NCBI RefSeq assembly: GCF_009914755.1 | Contig: NC_060947.1 | From: the human T2T-CHM13v2.0 reference genome, Homo sapiens | Length of the DNA stretch: 64,000 nucleotides | Direction: 5' to 3' (one strand) | Shown here: positions 11,941 through 25,334 of the stretch, piece by piece | Layout: each line of letters starts with the position of its first letter | Position numbering within the stretch: position 1 is the stretch's first letter | The notes under the pieces: generated by a model | Database searches by the model: none | What the model was told of the DNA's origin: nothing | The model's input: the letters and a program-made list of their open reading frames with translations, nothing else | Translations under genes and position numbers: made by a program

Positions 11941-14534
11941 GACTCTACAAACACATGTGCATCCATTCAGGGAAATTTACTCTCCTCTATTTTATTTTTC
12001 TCTTTCTAAAACTCATAATGTCTTGATTTTGCCTCTAATTCTTTCCTGGTCTGTATATCTTAGTATTTATTTCTTTGTCATTTTTTTTTCTAATTTATGT
12101 GAAATTTCACCAACTTTGTGTTCCAATCGTTATATTGAATCTTCATTTTGGATATATATTTATTTAAAGAGTGCTTTAGTTTTAATAATATTACAATTTC
12201 ATTTGTATAGCTCATTGTTTTTGTTTCATGGAGGAAATATCTTCTCTTATAGCTCTGATGTGATTGGTCCAACATTTGCTTTTAGTTTTACTTCTATTCC
12301 CTCAATATTCCGTTCTTCAAATTAGTTTTTGAATAAATGGGTTATAAAAATTTTCCAATATCTTCTGTTTATCTGTACATTTACAAAACATTTTTCTGTC
12401 TTGTTTCAGTATTAGAGTTTATTGTCTAACATAACAGTTTTTACTTTTGTACAGACCATGCTCTATATTTTCGTATAAAACTATGTATATAAATCATAGT
12501 GTTCTGCCCCCAAACTTAACATAATTCCTTTTCTTTCACCTTTTCTTGGACACTTTACTGACTCATACTAGAGTTGATTCTAAAATAAGCAAATTTAGAC
12601 TGTTTCTTTCACCAGCAGTTTTCAATGTAGCCCCTACTCCATGTTGTGGAATCCCTGTTTCCTTTTTCAATTCTTGGCAAGCCTAACTCTCCTGGGCTAT
12701 GGCAAGGGCTGTGAGAGCAATTCAAGCAGTGGAATGCAAAAACAGAGTAATAATTCACCTTTTCCCAACAATAGGCCTCTGTTATGGGTTGACTTCCAAG
12801 CAATAACACTAGAGTGGATTAATTTGACAATGTATATATAAATCTGCATGTTTTATTAACTAATTACTAAGTGTTTCTTTTTTCCCTCCATTCCAGATCT
12901 GATTTTCCTGCTGGCCTTTATCCTTCTCCTATACCTAACAGATTTATCTCCACTCAAGACATTTTATTCAACGAAGAAATTCTCCAATCAGCTACATAAG
13001 CAGTATGAGCTTGGCAGCTGTAGTATAGACTTTTACTGAATTCCCGTTTTCAAAGTGGCACCCTTGCCTCCATTAATTTCCAATATCCCTGAGTCCAGAT
13101 ATAATATTCCTGAGTTCAGAGCCTTTCTGAAGCAACATATTCAATATGTGACCTCTAGTCTCAGGGCTGTTTGTTGGAGAAAAGGATCTGTAGGACTAAC
13201 TGTAAAATATATGCACTTTCAACCAACCCTCTTGTTTATCAGCCTTTACACACACCACCAGTTTTGAGGTATTATGTCTCTCAGACTCCTGAAACTTTCT
13301 AAGGCTCTATAGATCTGATGGCTTTATTTCTTGTTGCCACCCCTCTCACACACTCCACTGAAATCTTTGCCTTCTCTAATCCATCCCCCCACCCCCCGCC
13401 CGTCTTCTGAAGTTAATGTCTAAATGCCTGTTTCTTTATTGCTATTTTAGTCAGGTTTCAGGAGAGAGTGAACAAAGATAAATGTTTGTATTATATTAAC
13501 ATATTTATCCAGAAGAATTCAAACACATTGTATCTATATCCTGAAGATAACTTTATCAGATACGTTTCATTTAAGAATTAGACATGCATATAATTTTGTA
13601 ATCTCTCCAGTGGCTCACTGAGCTAAATGAATATAAAGATGATCTGTGACATCTATCATCTCATTCATATTTAGGGTTGATTAATTAACCTAGTGAGCTA
13701 TGTTGTTATCCACTTTTTTTTTCATAATAGCAACAAGTGAGTGCATTTATGCTCTAAACAAAAAATATGCCCAGACAGAGGAGAGTCCTTCTTCAGCCAA
13801 GTATTCATAAATATACAGGGCTTTGCTTAAGCTTCCAATGACCTCAATATCTCACAGGCAAATTATTTTTTTATTGGCTAGTATACTCTGAATCTTGATC
13901 TGTACTTGCATTTAAGTTTTAAAGTAACAACTGAAAAAAAAAAAACAATCTAGGGGCTTACGTTTAAATATTATATCTATACGTATCAATTTTCTTTACA
14001 AAAATCTATCCTGTGAGATTTTACATAATTTTCAAACAGTTTAAGTCACTAGTCAAAATTATAACAGTCACAGGAAAGTAGATCAGATAGGAAAAACTGT
14101 TAAACTCACTTGAATGTTTTCAACAAGATTGACTATTCTATTTTTAGAAAAACTGTTTTGCACTTCTCTTCACTATTTGACATCATCCTTTCTTTCAAAT
14201 CTTATCTCTTAACTATTGCTCCTCAAGAATGCTACACTCCAGCGAATGTTATCAATATTTTTCTCTATCTGTATTTTACCATCCTGATTTCATATTTTCT
14301 TCCCATTATTTATTAGGATATTCATCTACCAACAACCTTCACGAAATTAAAATCTTTCCCTTCTCTAAGGTCCAATTAAATTGCCACTAAATGGCCACAT
14401 AGCATTCATCCATCCTGAAACGATCCCAACTTATCCTGAAATTCCAGGATACCATTTTTATACCATTTTCATAGCTCCTACCTTGTATTACATCTATTTA
14501 TATGCCTGCTTTATATTATTAGTTTAAATAACTA

Positions 14535-14780
14535 AAGCAGGTTGTTAAAAAAAACTTGGACTATGCAGTCAGATAAATCCAGGTTTGAATTAAAGCTCTG
14601 CCATTCACTATCTGCATGACTCTGGGTAAATCACTGATTTCATTATGAGCACCAAATTCAAGATTTGTAAAAGTGAAATAATAATAACGGTCTTGTAGGC
14701 TTCCTTTAATGATTAAATGTGATTGCATAATCTTAATACATACTACAACATTATGAATAATAATAAATGGTGGTTGTAAA
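14535..14780 (+). mobile_element. MIR
   Basis: gtcagataaatccaggtttgaattaaagctctgccattcacta...tgtaaaagtgaaataataat core motifs. Confidence 0.85.
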
Positions 14781-15807
14781 TTTGTTATTGTTTCTTCTAG
14801 GCTCTAAAAGGCTACATATGGAACCATGTCTGTTTTATTTTTAATTTCTCCCATATCACCTAGAAAAAAGGTATACATATAGTTTGCCTAATGACTGAAT
14901 CAATCCCCTTAAAAGTGTTTTTAATCTGTAAATGTGATTGGGAACTTTTAGAATATATCGAGGATATTTTAACCATGATAGCCTCTGGCCCAGAAATAAC
15001 AATCATAAATGAAGTGCTCCATGACTTAACATTTACTTCCAGGATTTGTTTCCATCTTATAATACTATGTATTTCCAGGAAAACTCAAAAGATACACTTT
15101 CATGTGTTCAAGTTATTTGTGATATATATATACATGAAATCCCAAGTCAATGTGGCCCTACCAAAAGGAGGGAAAAAATAAAAACTTGTACTTTCCTTTT
15201 AAAAAATCAATTTGTTCTCTACTTCAGCCATAGATACAAAAAATAATTTTTGTTGAAAAAATAGAGATATGGAGCATATTAATACTTTCAGACACTATCA
15301 GCAGAAGGCCAGAGCATGTGCTATGATTCCGTTGGCTGGAAGTTTGCACTTTATAGCCCTGCCAGAGAACAACCATGCAATGATTAGTATTCAACCATAG
15401 AAGGTATTTCCCCATTTCTGTTCATGAAACTTTTTAAAGCATAGATTTATTTGTCACAGATGTAGATACTTGACTTGCTTACAAAAAGGTATTTGTGTAA
15501 GCTTGCCAAGGAGCACATGTGACTGTCTCTGAATGAATGAGCAGTGTCATTACTGTCCTTCAGGGAGAGCACCTGCTATGGTGTCATCACCAATTAGCTC
15601 TTCTCTTTCTTCCCTTCTTCATCTCCAGTAGACATACTCTTCAGTTATTTGTATTTTAAAGCTTCACAGGATTGGTTTCCATGGGGAATTATGTGAATTA
15701 TAACACTGATGAGCTTTCTAAAATGTGGCTCCTTAGTTAAAGAGAGTACACATTTTATGTCCTCTATGACACACTCTATGCGAGCAAAAGTATGTGTGTT
15801 TTTCTCC

Positions 15808-16400
15808 CAGGTTTATTGACATATAATTGACAAGTAGAAAATGTACATATTTAACATTTATAACTTGGTATTTTGATATATTTATATATGATTAAATAGT
15901 CACCACAATCATGATAATTAATATATTCATCACCTTACATAGTGACCATTTTCCTTATTTTTTGGTGGTGAGAACACTTAAGATCTACCCTTTCAGCAAA
16001 TTTCAAGTATGCAACAGTATTGTTAACTGTAGTAATCATGCTGTACATTAGAGCTCTAGAACTTATTCAGCTTGAATAACTGAAACTTTGTACCCTTTCA
16101 CCAGTATCTCCTCATTTATTCGTTCTTATAACCCAGCCACTGACAACCAACATTCTACTCTCTGCTTCTACAAGTTTGACCATTTTAAACTCCACATATA
16201 AGTGCAATCATGTAGTATTTGTCCTCCAGTGTCTGGCTTATTTCACTTAGCATGATGTCCTAAAGCTTCATCTATATTCACAATAGCCAAAATATGGAAG
16301 CAACCTAAATGTCCACTGATAGATTAATGGAAAAAGAAAATGTGACACACACACACACGCACACAATGAAATAGTGTGCAACCTTATAAGAGAAGGAAAT
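15808..16400 (-). mobile_element. L1MA8/9-like 3' end with 5' inversion
   Basis: 15808-16275 antisense 3'UTR; 16276-16400 sense attcacaatagccaaaatatggaagcaacc...aaggaaatc, the adjacent upstream L1 segment. Confidence 0.8.
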
Positions 16401-17130
16401 CAAACATGGTTTTAAAAAGAAGTTTACCTGAGGATGTTACAAGTCAATTGTTAAAACAGTAAAATTCTGTGACAGACTAGATTGTTTTATAATTGGACAT
16501 TGAAATTCATCCCCCACTCCTTACCCTAGTGAAAAAAAATTGACTTGAAAGTGGCTTCTAAGTAATTAGGAAAAGTAGGTTTATTCCCCCAAGCAGACCT
16601 TGGATGAGTATTGTGATATTCTCCTGATACAGAGTTGCAAGTCCGAATGAGAGATTGCAATGTAGTCACAGCATAAGCAAAACAAACAGCTGGTTATGAA
16701 TGTGATTTTCTTGATCCACACAGTGTCGATCTACACAATGTTTTAATTTTTATTTAGTTATATATTTAAAATTAGGGAATTTCACATAATTTACCTAATT
16801 GGCTTTTTTGAACAAAAACAATGTAGCACTTGGTAGCATTGGAACTATATTCCTATATGACAATGTTTGGCTAGGACTGGATAATTGCCTTTAAGAGAGG
16901 CCCACCCTCTCTTCTCTTTCACAGTCTTCATTATTTCCTATTCTTTCTCCATCTCTAATGCTTAGTGTTGATTGCTATTTATAAGATGAAATATGGCCTT
17001 TAAGTGTGCAAGCCTTGGTACAATGTCTATGAGGTGCTTTTGTTGTATCTTATATTTCAGTTTCAAACAATAAATGTCTAGATGTATGGGTCTTTGTATG
17101 GAGAAAATAAAAGTCATCGGTATAGCCACA

Positions 17131-17929
17131 TGTATTAATTTCCTATTGCTACTATAACAAATTTGTACACACTTAGTGATTTTAAAAAGCACACATTTAT
17201 TCTCTTACAGTTCTGAAGGTCAGATGTCTGAAATTTGAATCTTACAGACCAAAATCATGGTGTGGACCAGGATAGTTCCTTTTGGAGCCTCTGAAGGGAG
17301 AATCCATCTCCTTGCCATTTGCATCTTCCAAAGGGTGCTATTGGCTAGTGCTTTGTACATCTCATAACTTCAACCCCTAGTCTCAGTGGTCACACATATT
17401 CGCACTTTGAATCTCTTACCTCCCTTTAATAAAGACCATTGTGATTACATTAAGCCCATCGGGATAATCCAGGATAATCACCTCATCTCAAAAATTTCAA
17501 TTCGGGCTGGGAGTGGTGGCTCACGCCTGTAATCCTAACACTTTGGGAGGCCAAGGCAGGCAGATCATCTGAGGTCAGGAGTTCAAGACCAGCCTGGCCA
17601 ATGTGGCAAAACCCCACCTCTACTAAAAATACAAAAATTATCCGGGCATGGTGGCAGGAGCCTGTAATCCCAGCTACTTGGGAAGCTGAGGCAGGAGAAT
17701 CGCTTGAACCCAGGAGGCGGAGTTGCAGTGAAATGAGATCGTGCCACTGCACATCAGCCTGGGAGATAAAGCGAGACTCTATCTCCAAAAAAAAAAAAAA
17801 AAAAAGAATTTTAATTTAATGACATGTGTAAAGTATCTCTTGTGTAAGATACTTGTGTGAGATAACTTATTCACAGGTTCTGGGGATTAGGATGTGGACA
17901 CTTTTGGGGAACCATTATCCAGCCTACCA
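17131..17929 (-). mobile_element. MLT1C/D-like MaLR solo LTR split by Alu
   Basis: tgtattaatttcctattgct...ggataatccaggataatc...ttctggggattaggatgtggac motifs. Confidence 0.85.
17505..17805 (+). mobile_element. AluS (Sx/Sq-like)
   Basis: Full dimer with poly(A); degenerate TSD aaaaatttcaatt / aagaattttaatt. Confidence 0.97.
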
Positions 17930-18675
17930 AATTATGTTCATTGCTCAGACCAACAATTCATAGAGATGAATTGATTGGTGTGAAAGGTTTATTTTAGTAA
18001 AGACTTTTAAGCTCATAAACAAATCTCTCATGATGAAGTAGCACAGAAATAGGAAGAGACAGGAAGCTATCTTTAGACATTCAACCAAAAAGTGCTTTTA
18101 ATTGTGTTCAAAAATTTTGTAATTTAAAAATTACTCAAAATGATAAATTTATGAAAAGCTTTACCTTATACATCACAAGAAAATTGTAACTTTTGTCAAT
18201 ATTTTGATTACCAACGTCTCCCTTTAGAAACTTTCATTCAATAAGACATTCTCAGTTCACTCTTCCACTTCTTTTTTCATCTGTAAATGCAGCAATGAAG
18301 GATAATTTCTTAAAAAAAATTGTGCTTACAAAAATATCTAACTGTTCCTATGGATCAGAAATTGAAAAAAAGCAAAACATTAAGCTAGGGTTTACAGTAT
18401 ACTCTACTGAGCTTAAGCGCTGGAAGCAAGTAGAAGTGACTCAGAGTTTGATTACTGTAGAGGCCAGAAATACTGCTGGGAAGACTAAAGAAAGGCTCAG
18501 TGAGTGAAATCAGGCAGGGCTTAATATGGTGTTCTCCCCACCATGAAAATATTTGGTTAACGTTGTCCTGGAAAATTGTTTTTTTACATAATTTATTAAC
18601 TGAAATGGTGGGTAGAAGCAGAGAAAGTTGTCAGAAAAAAATGACCTGTGTTAGTCAAACTGAAAGCTTAGTGAC

Positions 18676-19000
18676 TGTGTCTTAGCCTGGATCTTCCAGG
18701 AAATAGAGCCTGAGGCAAAATGTTATTTTTCTTTATTATTACACAGTGTGAGCTTAGGAATGGGAGTAAGAGAAAAAGACGTAGGCACAGAAGAAGAAAG
18801 ATTCAGTATCAGCGTGAGATGCCAAATTTGTCACCACTTGGTACTGAATACAACTAGATTTGTACAGAATCTTTCTGCAGAAAGCGAAATAATTACTTCA
18901 TAGAAAAGTTCATCTTGCGGAGACAGAAATGTTTATATGCCATCTTCTATCTCTCATTGGTAAAAGTGTTACCCCTGAGATATTAATTCTAACACTTTGA
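18676..19000 (-). mobile_element. Old ERVL LTR (LTR33/LTR16-like) fragment
   Basis: tgtcttagcctggatcttccaggaaatagagcctgaggcaaa resembles the reverse terminus of these LTRs. Confidence 0.5.
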
Positions 19001-19374
19001 TAGTACACGTACTCATCCAAATGTCAGTGTCAAGAAGGCTTAGCAAAGGAATTGAAAGATGTAGTAAATAAATGATGTGAAGTACATTCAGATAGTTCAC
19101 TTTTGAAGTTAGTTACTGAAGGTAACTGGATTAAGAATGACTGGCCAAAGGCCCTAAAGACAAATGAGGCTAAAAGAATCTAAAACAGTATATAAAAGCT
19201 CTTTGACACATCTTGGAATTGTTATATCTTATATGCTACCATCACATCATGATGCCAAACTCATTAATAGATGTCACTCTGAAGGAAAAATAAAAAAGAA
19301 TCCCATTCAAAATGAGCCAGTTAAACAAAATATCAAAACACAGAAGAATAGATAACACTAACAAAGAAATCCAA

Positions 19375-21186
19375 GGAGATGTCATCAAGATGTCTGAATA
19401 AAGGTTCCCAGTATTCTCCTCCTTCACAAAGAAGGATGGAAATAACAAGTAGATAACTTAACATTGAATGGAGTGTCTAGGAGAGAACACTGGAATTAAG
19501 CAAGCAAGTGACAAAGGCCCTCTGAGACATGGAAACTCTGGATGGCAGCATAAAGAGGAAAGCAAAGTACCCAGCCAAGATTGGCTCGGATGCAAGAGAG
19601 ACTTTTCATTGCAGGAAAAAGGTAAGTCCAAATATATAATGCAAATATTGTTAGAGCTAAATATTACTATCAGACTGAAAAGTTTCTGCACATCAAAGAA
19701 AACAATCAATAGAGGGAAGAGACAACCTGCAGAATGGGAGAAAGTATTTGCCAACAATTCATCTGACAAGAGATTAATATCCACAATGTATAAGAACTCA
19801 AAGTATGCAACAACAAAAAACCCAATTTAAAAATGGGCAAATGGTCTGAATAGATATTTCTCCAAAGAAGACATACAAATCCCAATAGGTATGTGAATAA
19901 ATAAATGTTCAACATCACTAATGATAATGGAAATGCAAACCAAAAGCACAATGAAATATCTCACCTCAGGTGGAATGGCTATTATAAAATAAAAAATAAC
20001 ATATACTGGTATGAATGGGGAGAAAAGGGAACTCTTATATACTATTAGTAAGAATGTGTATTAGTACAACTATTATGAAAAACAGTATGGAGGTTCCCCA
20101 GAAAACTAAAAATAGAACTGCCCTATAATCCATCAATCCTACCATTAGGTACTTTTCCAAAGAAAATAAAATTAGTATATCAAAGAAATATCTGTACCCT
20201 CTCATTTATTACAGCACTATTAACAATAGCTGAGGTATGGTAGGGAATCAAACCAAATGCCCATCAACAGAATAATGGATTTTAAAATATGTGCAGTGGA
20301 ATACTTCTCAGACATACAAAATAATTAAATCCTGTCATTCTTGACAGCACGGATGAGACTGGATGACATTATATTAAGTGAAAAATGTCATGCCCAGAAA
20401 GATAAACACCATATGTTCTCACTTATTTGTGGGAGCTAAAAAATAAAGCTGTTAGAAGTAGAGAGCAGACAGACAGAAAAAATGAAATAATGTATTTTGC
20501 AGCAACTTGGATGGACCTGGAGGCCATTATTCTAAGTGAAATAACTCAAGAATGGGAAACCAAATACTATATGTTTTCATGTATAAGTGGGAGCTAAGCT
20601 ATGGGTTTGCAAAGACCTATAGAGTGGCATAACGTATATTCGAGAATCGGAAATGGAAAGGTCGGGAGGAAGGTGAGGGATAAAAACTACATACTGGGTA
20701 CAATGTACACTACTCAGGTGACAGGTGCACTAAAATCTCAGACTTCGCCACCAAACAATTAATCCATGTAACCAAAAACCACTTGAGCCCCCCAAAAAAA
20801 TTGAGGTAAAGAAAAAATATATATATATATATATCTTAAATAAAAAGAAGTAGAGAGCAAAATTGAAGTTAGTAGAGGCTTGGAAGTGTAGGGGGCAGGG
20901 TGGATTGGGAAAGAAAATTGAGAGAGACTGATTAATGAATACAAAATTACAGCTAGAAATGAGTAATTGGTTCTAGTGTTCTATAGCACTGTGAGGTTAC
21001 TATAGTCAATATACTGTATATTTTGAAATAGCTGGAAGAGAGAATTTTGAATGTTCCCAACACAAAAAAGGTGTTTTTGAGGTGATAGATATGCTAATTA
21101 TCCTGACTTGACGATTACACATTGTATACATGTCAAAATATCACTCTGCACCACATACACACATTTTTATGTATCAATTAAAAAAG
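19375..21186 (+). mobile_element. Internally deleted L1MA (5'UTR start joined to ORF2 C-terminus/3'UTR)
   Basis: 5' end caagatgtctgaata...; ORF2 [25 protein letters not shown] from ~19665; TSD agaaatccaa at 19365-19374 and 21187-21196. Confidence 0.8.
20468..20845 (+). mobile_element. L1PB 3' fragment nested in L1MA 3'UTR
   Basis: L1PB 3'UTR motifs (tacaatgtacactactcaggtgacaggtgcactaaaatctcag); perfect 14-bp TSD agaagtagagagca at 20454-20467 and 20846-20859. Confidence 0.92.
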
Positions 21187-21292
21187 AGAAATCCAACAAC
21201 TCAAAAGTTAAGAAATATAAATAAATTTACCCAGAACAAAATATAAATAATCAAGCAATTTAAAATTACTACAAATTATATGTTTTATATTA

Positions 21293-21615
21293 TCTAAGAT
21301 TTCTTAAACTACAATCTGCCACATGTTTTTGCATAGCCAGGAAGCTAAAAATGATTTATATATTTTTAAATGGATGAAAAAATCACTATCAAAGTAATAT
21401 TTTGTATTACATACAAATTTGATGAAATTCAAATATCAGTGTCTGTTAATAAAATTTTATAGAACCATAGTCATGATGTTTTTCATATTACATGTTATTT
21501 TATTCTTATTACAAAGGTGGAGTTGAGTAGTTGCAACAGAGACCATATAGTGTGCAAGGCCTAGTATTTGTATTATTGTCCCTTTACCTAAAATAAGTTT
21601 GTTGACCTCTGATCT
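21293..21615 (-). mobile_element. MER58B (hAT-Charlie)
   Basis: gagttgagtagttgcaacagagaccatat...ccctttac...aagtttgttgacctctg motifs, ~320 bp. Confidence 0.8.
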
Positions 21616-21944
21616 ATGACATAAAATAGGGAATAAATCCATAAACAAAAACAATTAAGTAAAAGTATATATCTATGAATCAAACACATATACATAAACT
21701 AATAAATAATTGGAAACTCAATAAAGAAAATATATGGTAAATTAAATTTTAAAAACACCCAAAAAATGAGATCAACTCTGTACTTGACACAGGCAGAAAA
21801 GAATGTATTGGAAGATAGTACTGAAGAATTAATCAGAACACATGGCAGAGTAAAAGAAGAAAATATAAAGAAGATAATCTGGAAAAATAAAAAAATAAGT
21901 AACAGAAGCAACACAAAATAAGTCACATATTTTAAGATTTAATT

Positions 21945-22197
21945 TAAATGAAATGCTCAGAATAGGCAAATCTACAGAGACGGAAATTAGATTAGTGTTT
22001 GCCAGAGACTCTGGGGAGAGGAGGATGGAGAGTGACTGCTAATGGGTAAGGAGTTTCCTTTTGTGGTGATGAAAATATTCCAAAATTAAACAGTGGTATT
22101 GACTAAACAACTCTGAAAATACTAAAAAACACTGAATTGGGCACTTTAATTGGCCAAATTGGGTAATATGTGAATTATATTTCAATGATGCTGTTAT
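21945..22197 (+). mobile_element. L1MB-like 3'UTR end
   Basis: aataggcaaatctacagagacggaaattagattagtg...gtgaattatatttcaat. Confidence 0.8.
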
Positions 22198-22249
22198 CTA
22201 GAAAATGATAAAAATGATAGAATGAGAGTGAATAACATCAGCCAAAGAG

Positions 22250-23065
22250 GAAAATACCAAGGGTTCTTTCTTTCAGAAATAAACACTTGAAAATCTAGCC
22301 CAAAAGTTCCAGGATTAACTCTATTAGATCTCTGAAAATTAGTCAAAGGTTTACCACAACAAAACCCCTTCCCCAGCTTGGTGGGAATCTTGAAGAGGGT
22401 AGCCCATGCTCCTAATGTGGGTTCCTTGCTCTGGAGGAAGAAGAGCAAATCATCTCAAATAATTATGTTTGTGTGTTTTGACCTATCTGAGGGCTCCAGG
22501 AAGAACTAATACAAAGGTTTTTGTCTTTATTTTGTCTAGCATAGAACTCTATCATGACAGAGAAGTGGCTACAAAGAGGGCATTCATAGAAAACAATAAA
22601 AGACAAACTAGTCACTGCATCCTGGGGCAAAGGATATTGCAAACAATAGATAGGCCAAACAGTCCGGGAGGAAAATCTGGGTAGGGAGAAACTTTGGATA
22701 ATAAGAACTTTTATATTCAAGGAAATCTAGAAGACTATATGCATATCCAGGACAGGGTGCATGATCAGAAAAAAAAAAAGAAAACAAACAAACAAACAAC
22801 TGAGATCTAGAGCTTACACTTTTGGTGGACTTTCAAGCTCTATGAAAGTAAGAAAGGGAGATTAAACCAGGGCTGAAAATTGCTTGGCTGTTGTGAAAGC
22901 AACACAAAGCCCAGTTAGGGAGATTTTTGTTTTTGTTGTTGACTTCAGATGTTTAAGGAAATCTCCATCAAATGATAAATGAAAAATAAGCTAAAGAAAC
23001 AGAGACATCAATGATCACATACAACAAAAAATATTTAAAAAAAAATTTAGAAAAGTCATAACATA
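22250..23065 (+). mobile_element. Old L1M 5'UTR fragments
   Basis: ctctgaaaattagtcaaaggtttaccacaac and cagagacatcaatgatcacatacaac motifs. Confidence 0.5.
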
Positions 23066-23069
23066 CAGT

Positions 23070-24098
23070 GACATTCTTTGTCTTTTTATTTATTTATTTA
23101 TTTTTTACCATTTTGACTTAAAGTCTGTTTTATCTATGTATAGCTCTTCCTGTTCTTTTTTGGTTTCTGTTTGTGTGAAGTATCTCAATCTCTTTACTTT
23201 GAGTCTATATGTGTTTTTGCAGCTAAAGTGTAATTCTTGTAGGCAGCATAGAGCTGTAGCATGTGTCTTTATTCATTCAGCCAGCCTATATCTTTTAACG
23301 GAAGAACTTAATCTATTTACATTCAGTGTTATTATTGACATGTGAAATTATGTTACCATCATATTGTTAATCATTTCCTGTGTTTTGTATCTTCTTTGTT
23401 CCTTTCTTTCTTTCTCATTGTCATTGTGGTTTGGTGTTATACTGTAGTGGTACCATTTGAGACCTTTGTCTTCCACATTTGTTTGGTTTACCAGTGGGTT
23501 TTATATTGTTACGTGTTTTCCTGATGGTAAGTGTCTTTTTGCTTCCAAGTTTAGGATTCCCTTAAACACTTCTTGTAGGATCAATCTAGTGGTGATAAAT
23601 TCTCTCACTTTGGCTTCTCTGAGAAAGACTTTATTTATTCTTCATTTATGAAGGATATTTTTTCTCGATATGGTATCCTCATGAGGCAGTTTTTTTCCAG
23701 CACTTTAAATATGTTGCCAGATTTTTTCCTGGCCTATAAAATTTCTGATGAGAAATATGCTGTTAGTCTGATGTGGTTTTGTATATAGGTAAGTAGGTAC
23801 TTTGATCTTGCTATTTTTAGTACCCTCTCTTTTGCTGTGAATTTAGACAGTTTGACTATAACATGCTGTGGAGAAGACCTTTTTGCATTATATCTATTTT
23901 AGAATCTTTGGCCCTCTAGTATCTGAACGTCTTGGCCTTTTGCTAAACTTGCAGCATTTTTATCTAATATTTTATTAAATAGGTTTTCTAACTCTTTCAT
24001 TCTGTCATTTTCCCCAGGGACACTGATAATTTGAATATTCAGTCGCTTTATGTTGTCCCAAATATTATGAAGGCTTTACTCTTCTTTTCTTCTTTTCT
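23070..24098 (-). mobile_element. L1M ORF1/inter-ORF/ORF2-start fragment
   Basis: Antisense motifs ttgacttaaagtctgttttatct, aaatttctgatgagaaatatgctgttagtctgat. Confidence 0.8.
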
Positions 24099-24099
24099 G

Positions 24100-25325
24100 A
24101 ATTATGATCTGGTGGAAGAAATTTCTAGGCAGTAAAGCATTCAAGATGTTATGTGGCTGCTTCTACACCTATGCTCAGATGCGGGAGCAAAGAAATGACT
24201 TAAAGTTAAAATTTATATTAAAATAGGAAGCACAACATAAAAGTTTGGAAAATTCACTGCCTGGCTATGAGACAGAGAAAGAAAAAGCATTATCAGGAGA
24301 GGAATTCAAGCAGACTGTGGAGCAACCACTTGCTAAAAAGGGAGAAATCAGCCAAAGTAAAGGGGCTACAAGATCCATGCAAATCCAAAACTCAGAAGGG
24401 CAGTGAGTACTTCTAAAAAGTACACAGGCACTCAAAAACCTAAGAGAGCAGCCACAGGAGTTGAACCTTGCAAAACCACAGAAGCAGAGCTGCCCAAGTC
24501 CTTGGGAGCCCACCCCTTGCACCAGTTGCCCTAGATGTGGGACATGAGTCAAATTATATTATTTTGAAGCTTTAAAATTTAATCACTGCCCTTCTGAGTT
24601 TTGGATTTGCATGGGTCTTGTAGCCACTTTATTTTTGCTGATTTACACATTTTGAATGGGAATGTTTACTCAATGTCAGTACAACCATTGTATCTTGGAA
24701 GTAAATAACTGAAGTAAATAACGAATTTGGTTTTACAGGCTCATAGGTGGAAGGAATTCATTTCCACATGACACTTTAGACTTTGGAGTTAATGCTGGAA
24801 TAAGATTATTGGGGGACTATTGGCAGGGAATGATTGTATTTTGCAATGTGAGAAGAAAATGAGATTTGAGGGGCCAGCAGAAGAATGATATAGTTTGGAT
24901 ATGTTTCCCCTCTAAATCTCATGCCAAATTGTAATCTTCAGTGTTAGAGGTGGGGCCTGATGGGAGGTGATTAGATCATAGGAGTAGATGTCACATGAAT
25001 GACTTAGCACCATTTCCTTGGTACTCTAATCATGGTAGTGAGTGAGTTCTCATGAGATCTCATGGTCGTTTAAAAGTGGGTGGCACTTGCCGCCTGACTC
25101 CAAGTGGCTCTATCTTGCTTCTGCTTTTGCTATGTGATGTGCAAGCTTCCACTTGGCCTTCTGCCAAGAGTTGAAGCTCCCTGAGGCCTCCCTAGGAGCT
25201 GAACAGATACTGGTCCCATGCTTCTTGTACAGCCTGCAGAGTCATGAGCCAATCTAACCTCTTTTCTTTATAAATTATGCAGTCTCACGTATTTCTTTAT
25301 AGCAATGCAAGAATGGCATAATACA
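24100..25325 (+). mobile_element. MST-type MaLR: partial internal (24100-24885) plus 3' LTR (24886-25325); 5' LTR missing
   Basis: tctggtggaagaaatttctaggcag internal motif; LTR tgatatagtttggatatg...gcaatgcaagaatggcataataca. Confidence 0.9.
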
Positions 25326-25334
25326 TATGGTTAC

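Noticed and set aside
11798-12325. 175-aa hydrophobic ORF resembling a membrane protein
   Set aside because: Chance frame across an ERVL remnant and T-rich antisense old-L1-like sequence; non-ATG start.
12870-12900. Polypyrimidine tract plus CAG as splice acceptor (also 4140-4157)
   Set aside because: No matching donor or recognisable coding exon; such motifs are common in T-rich degraded repeats.
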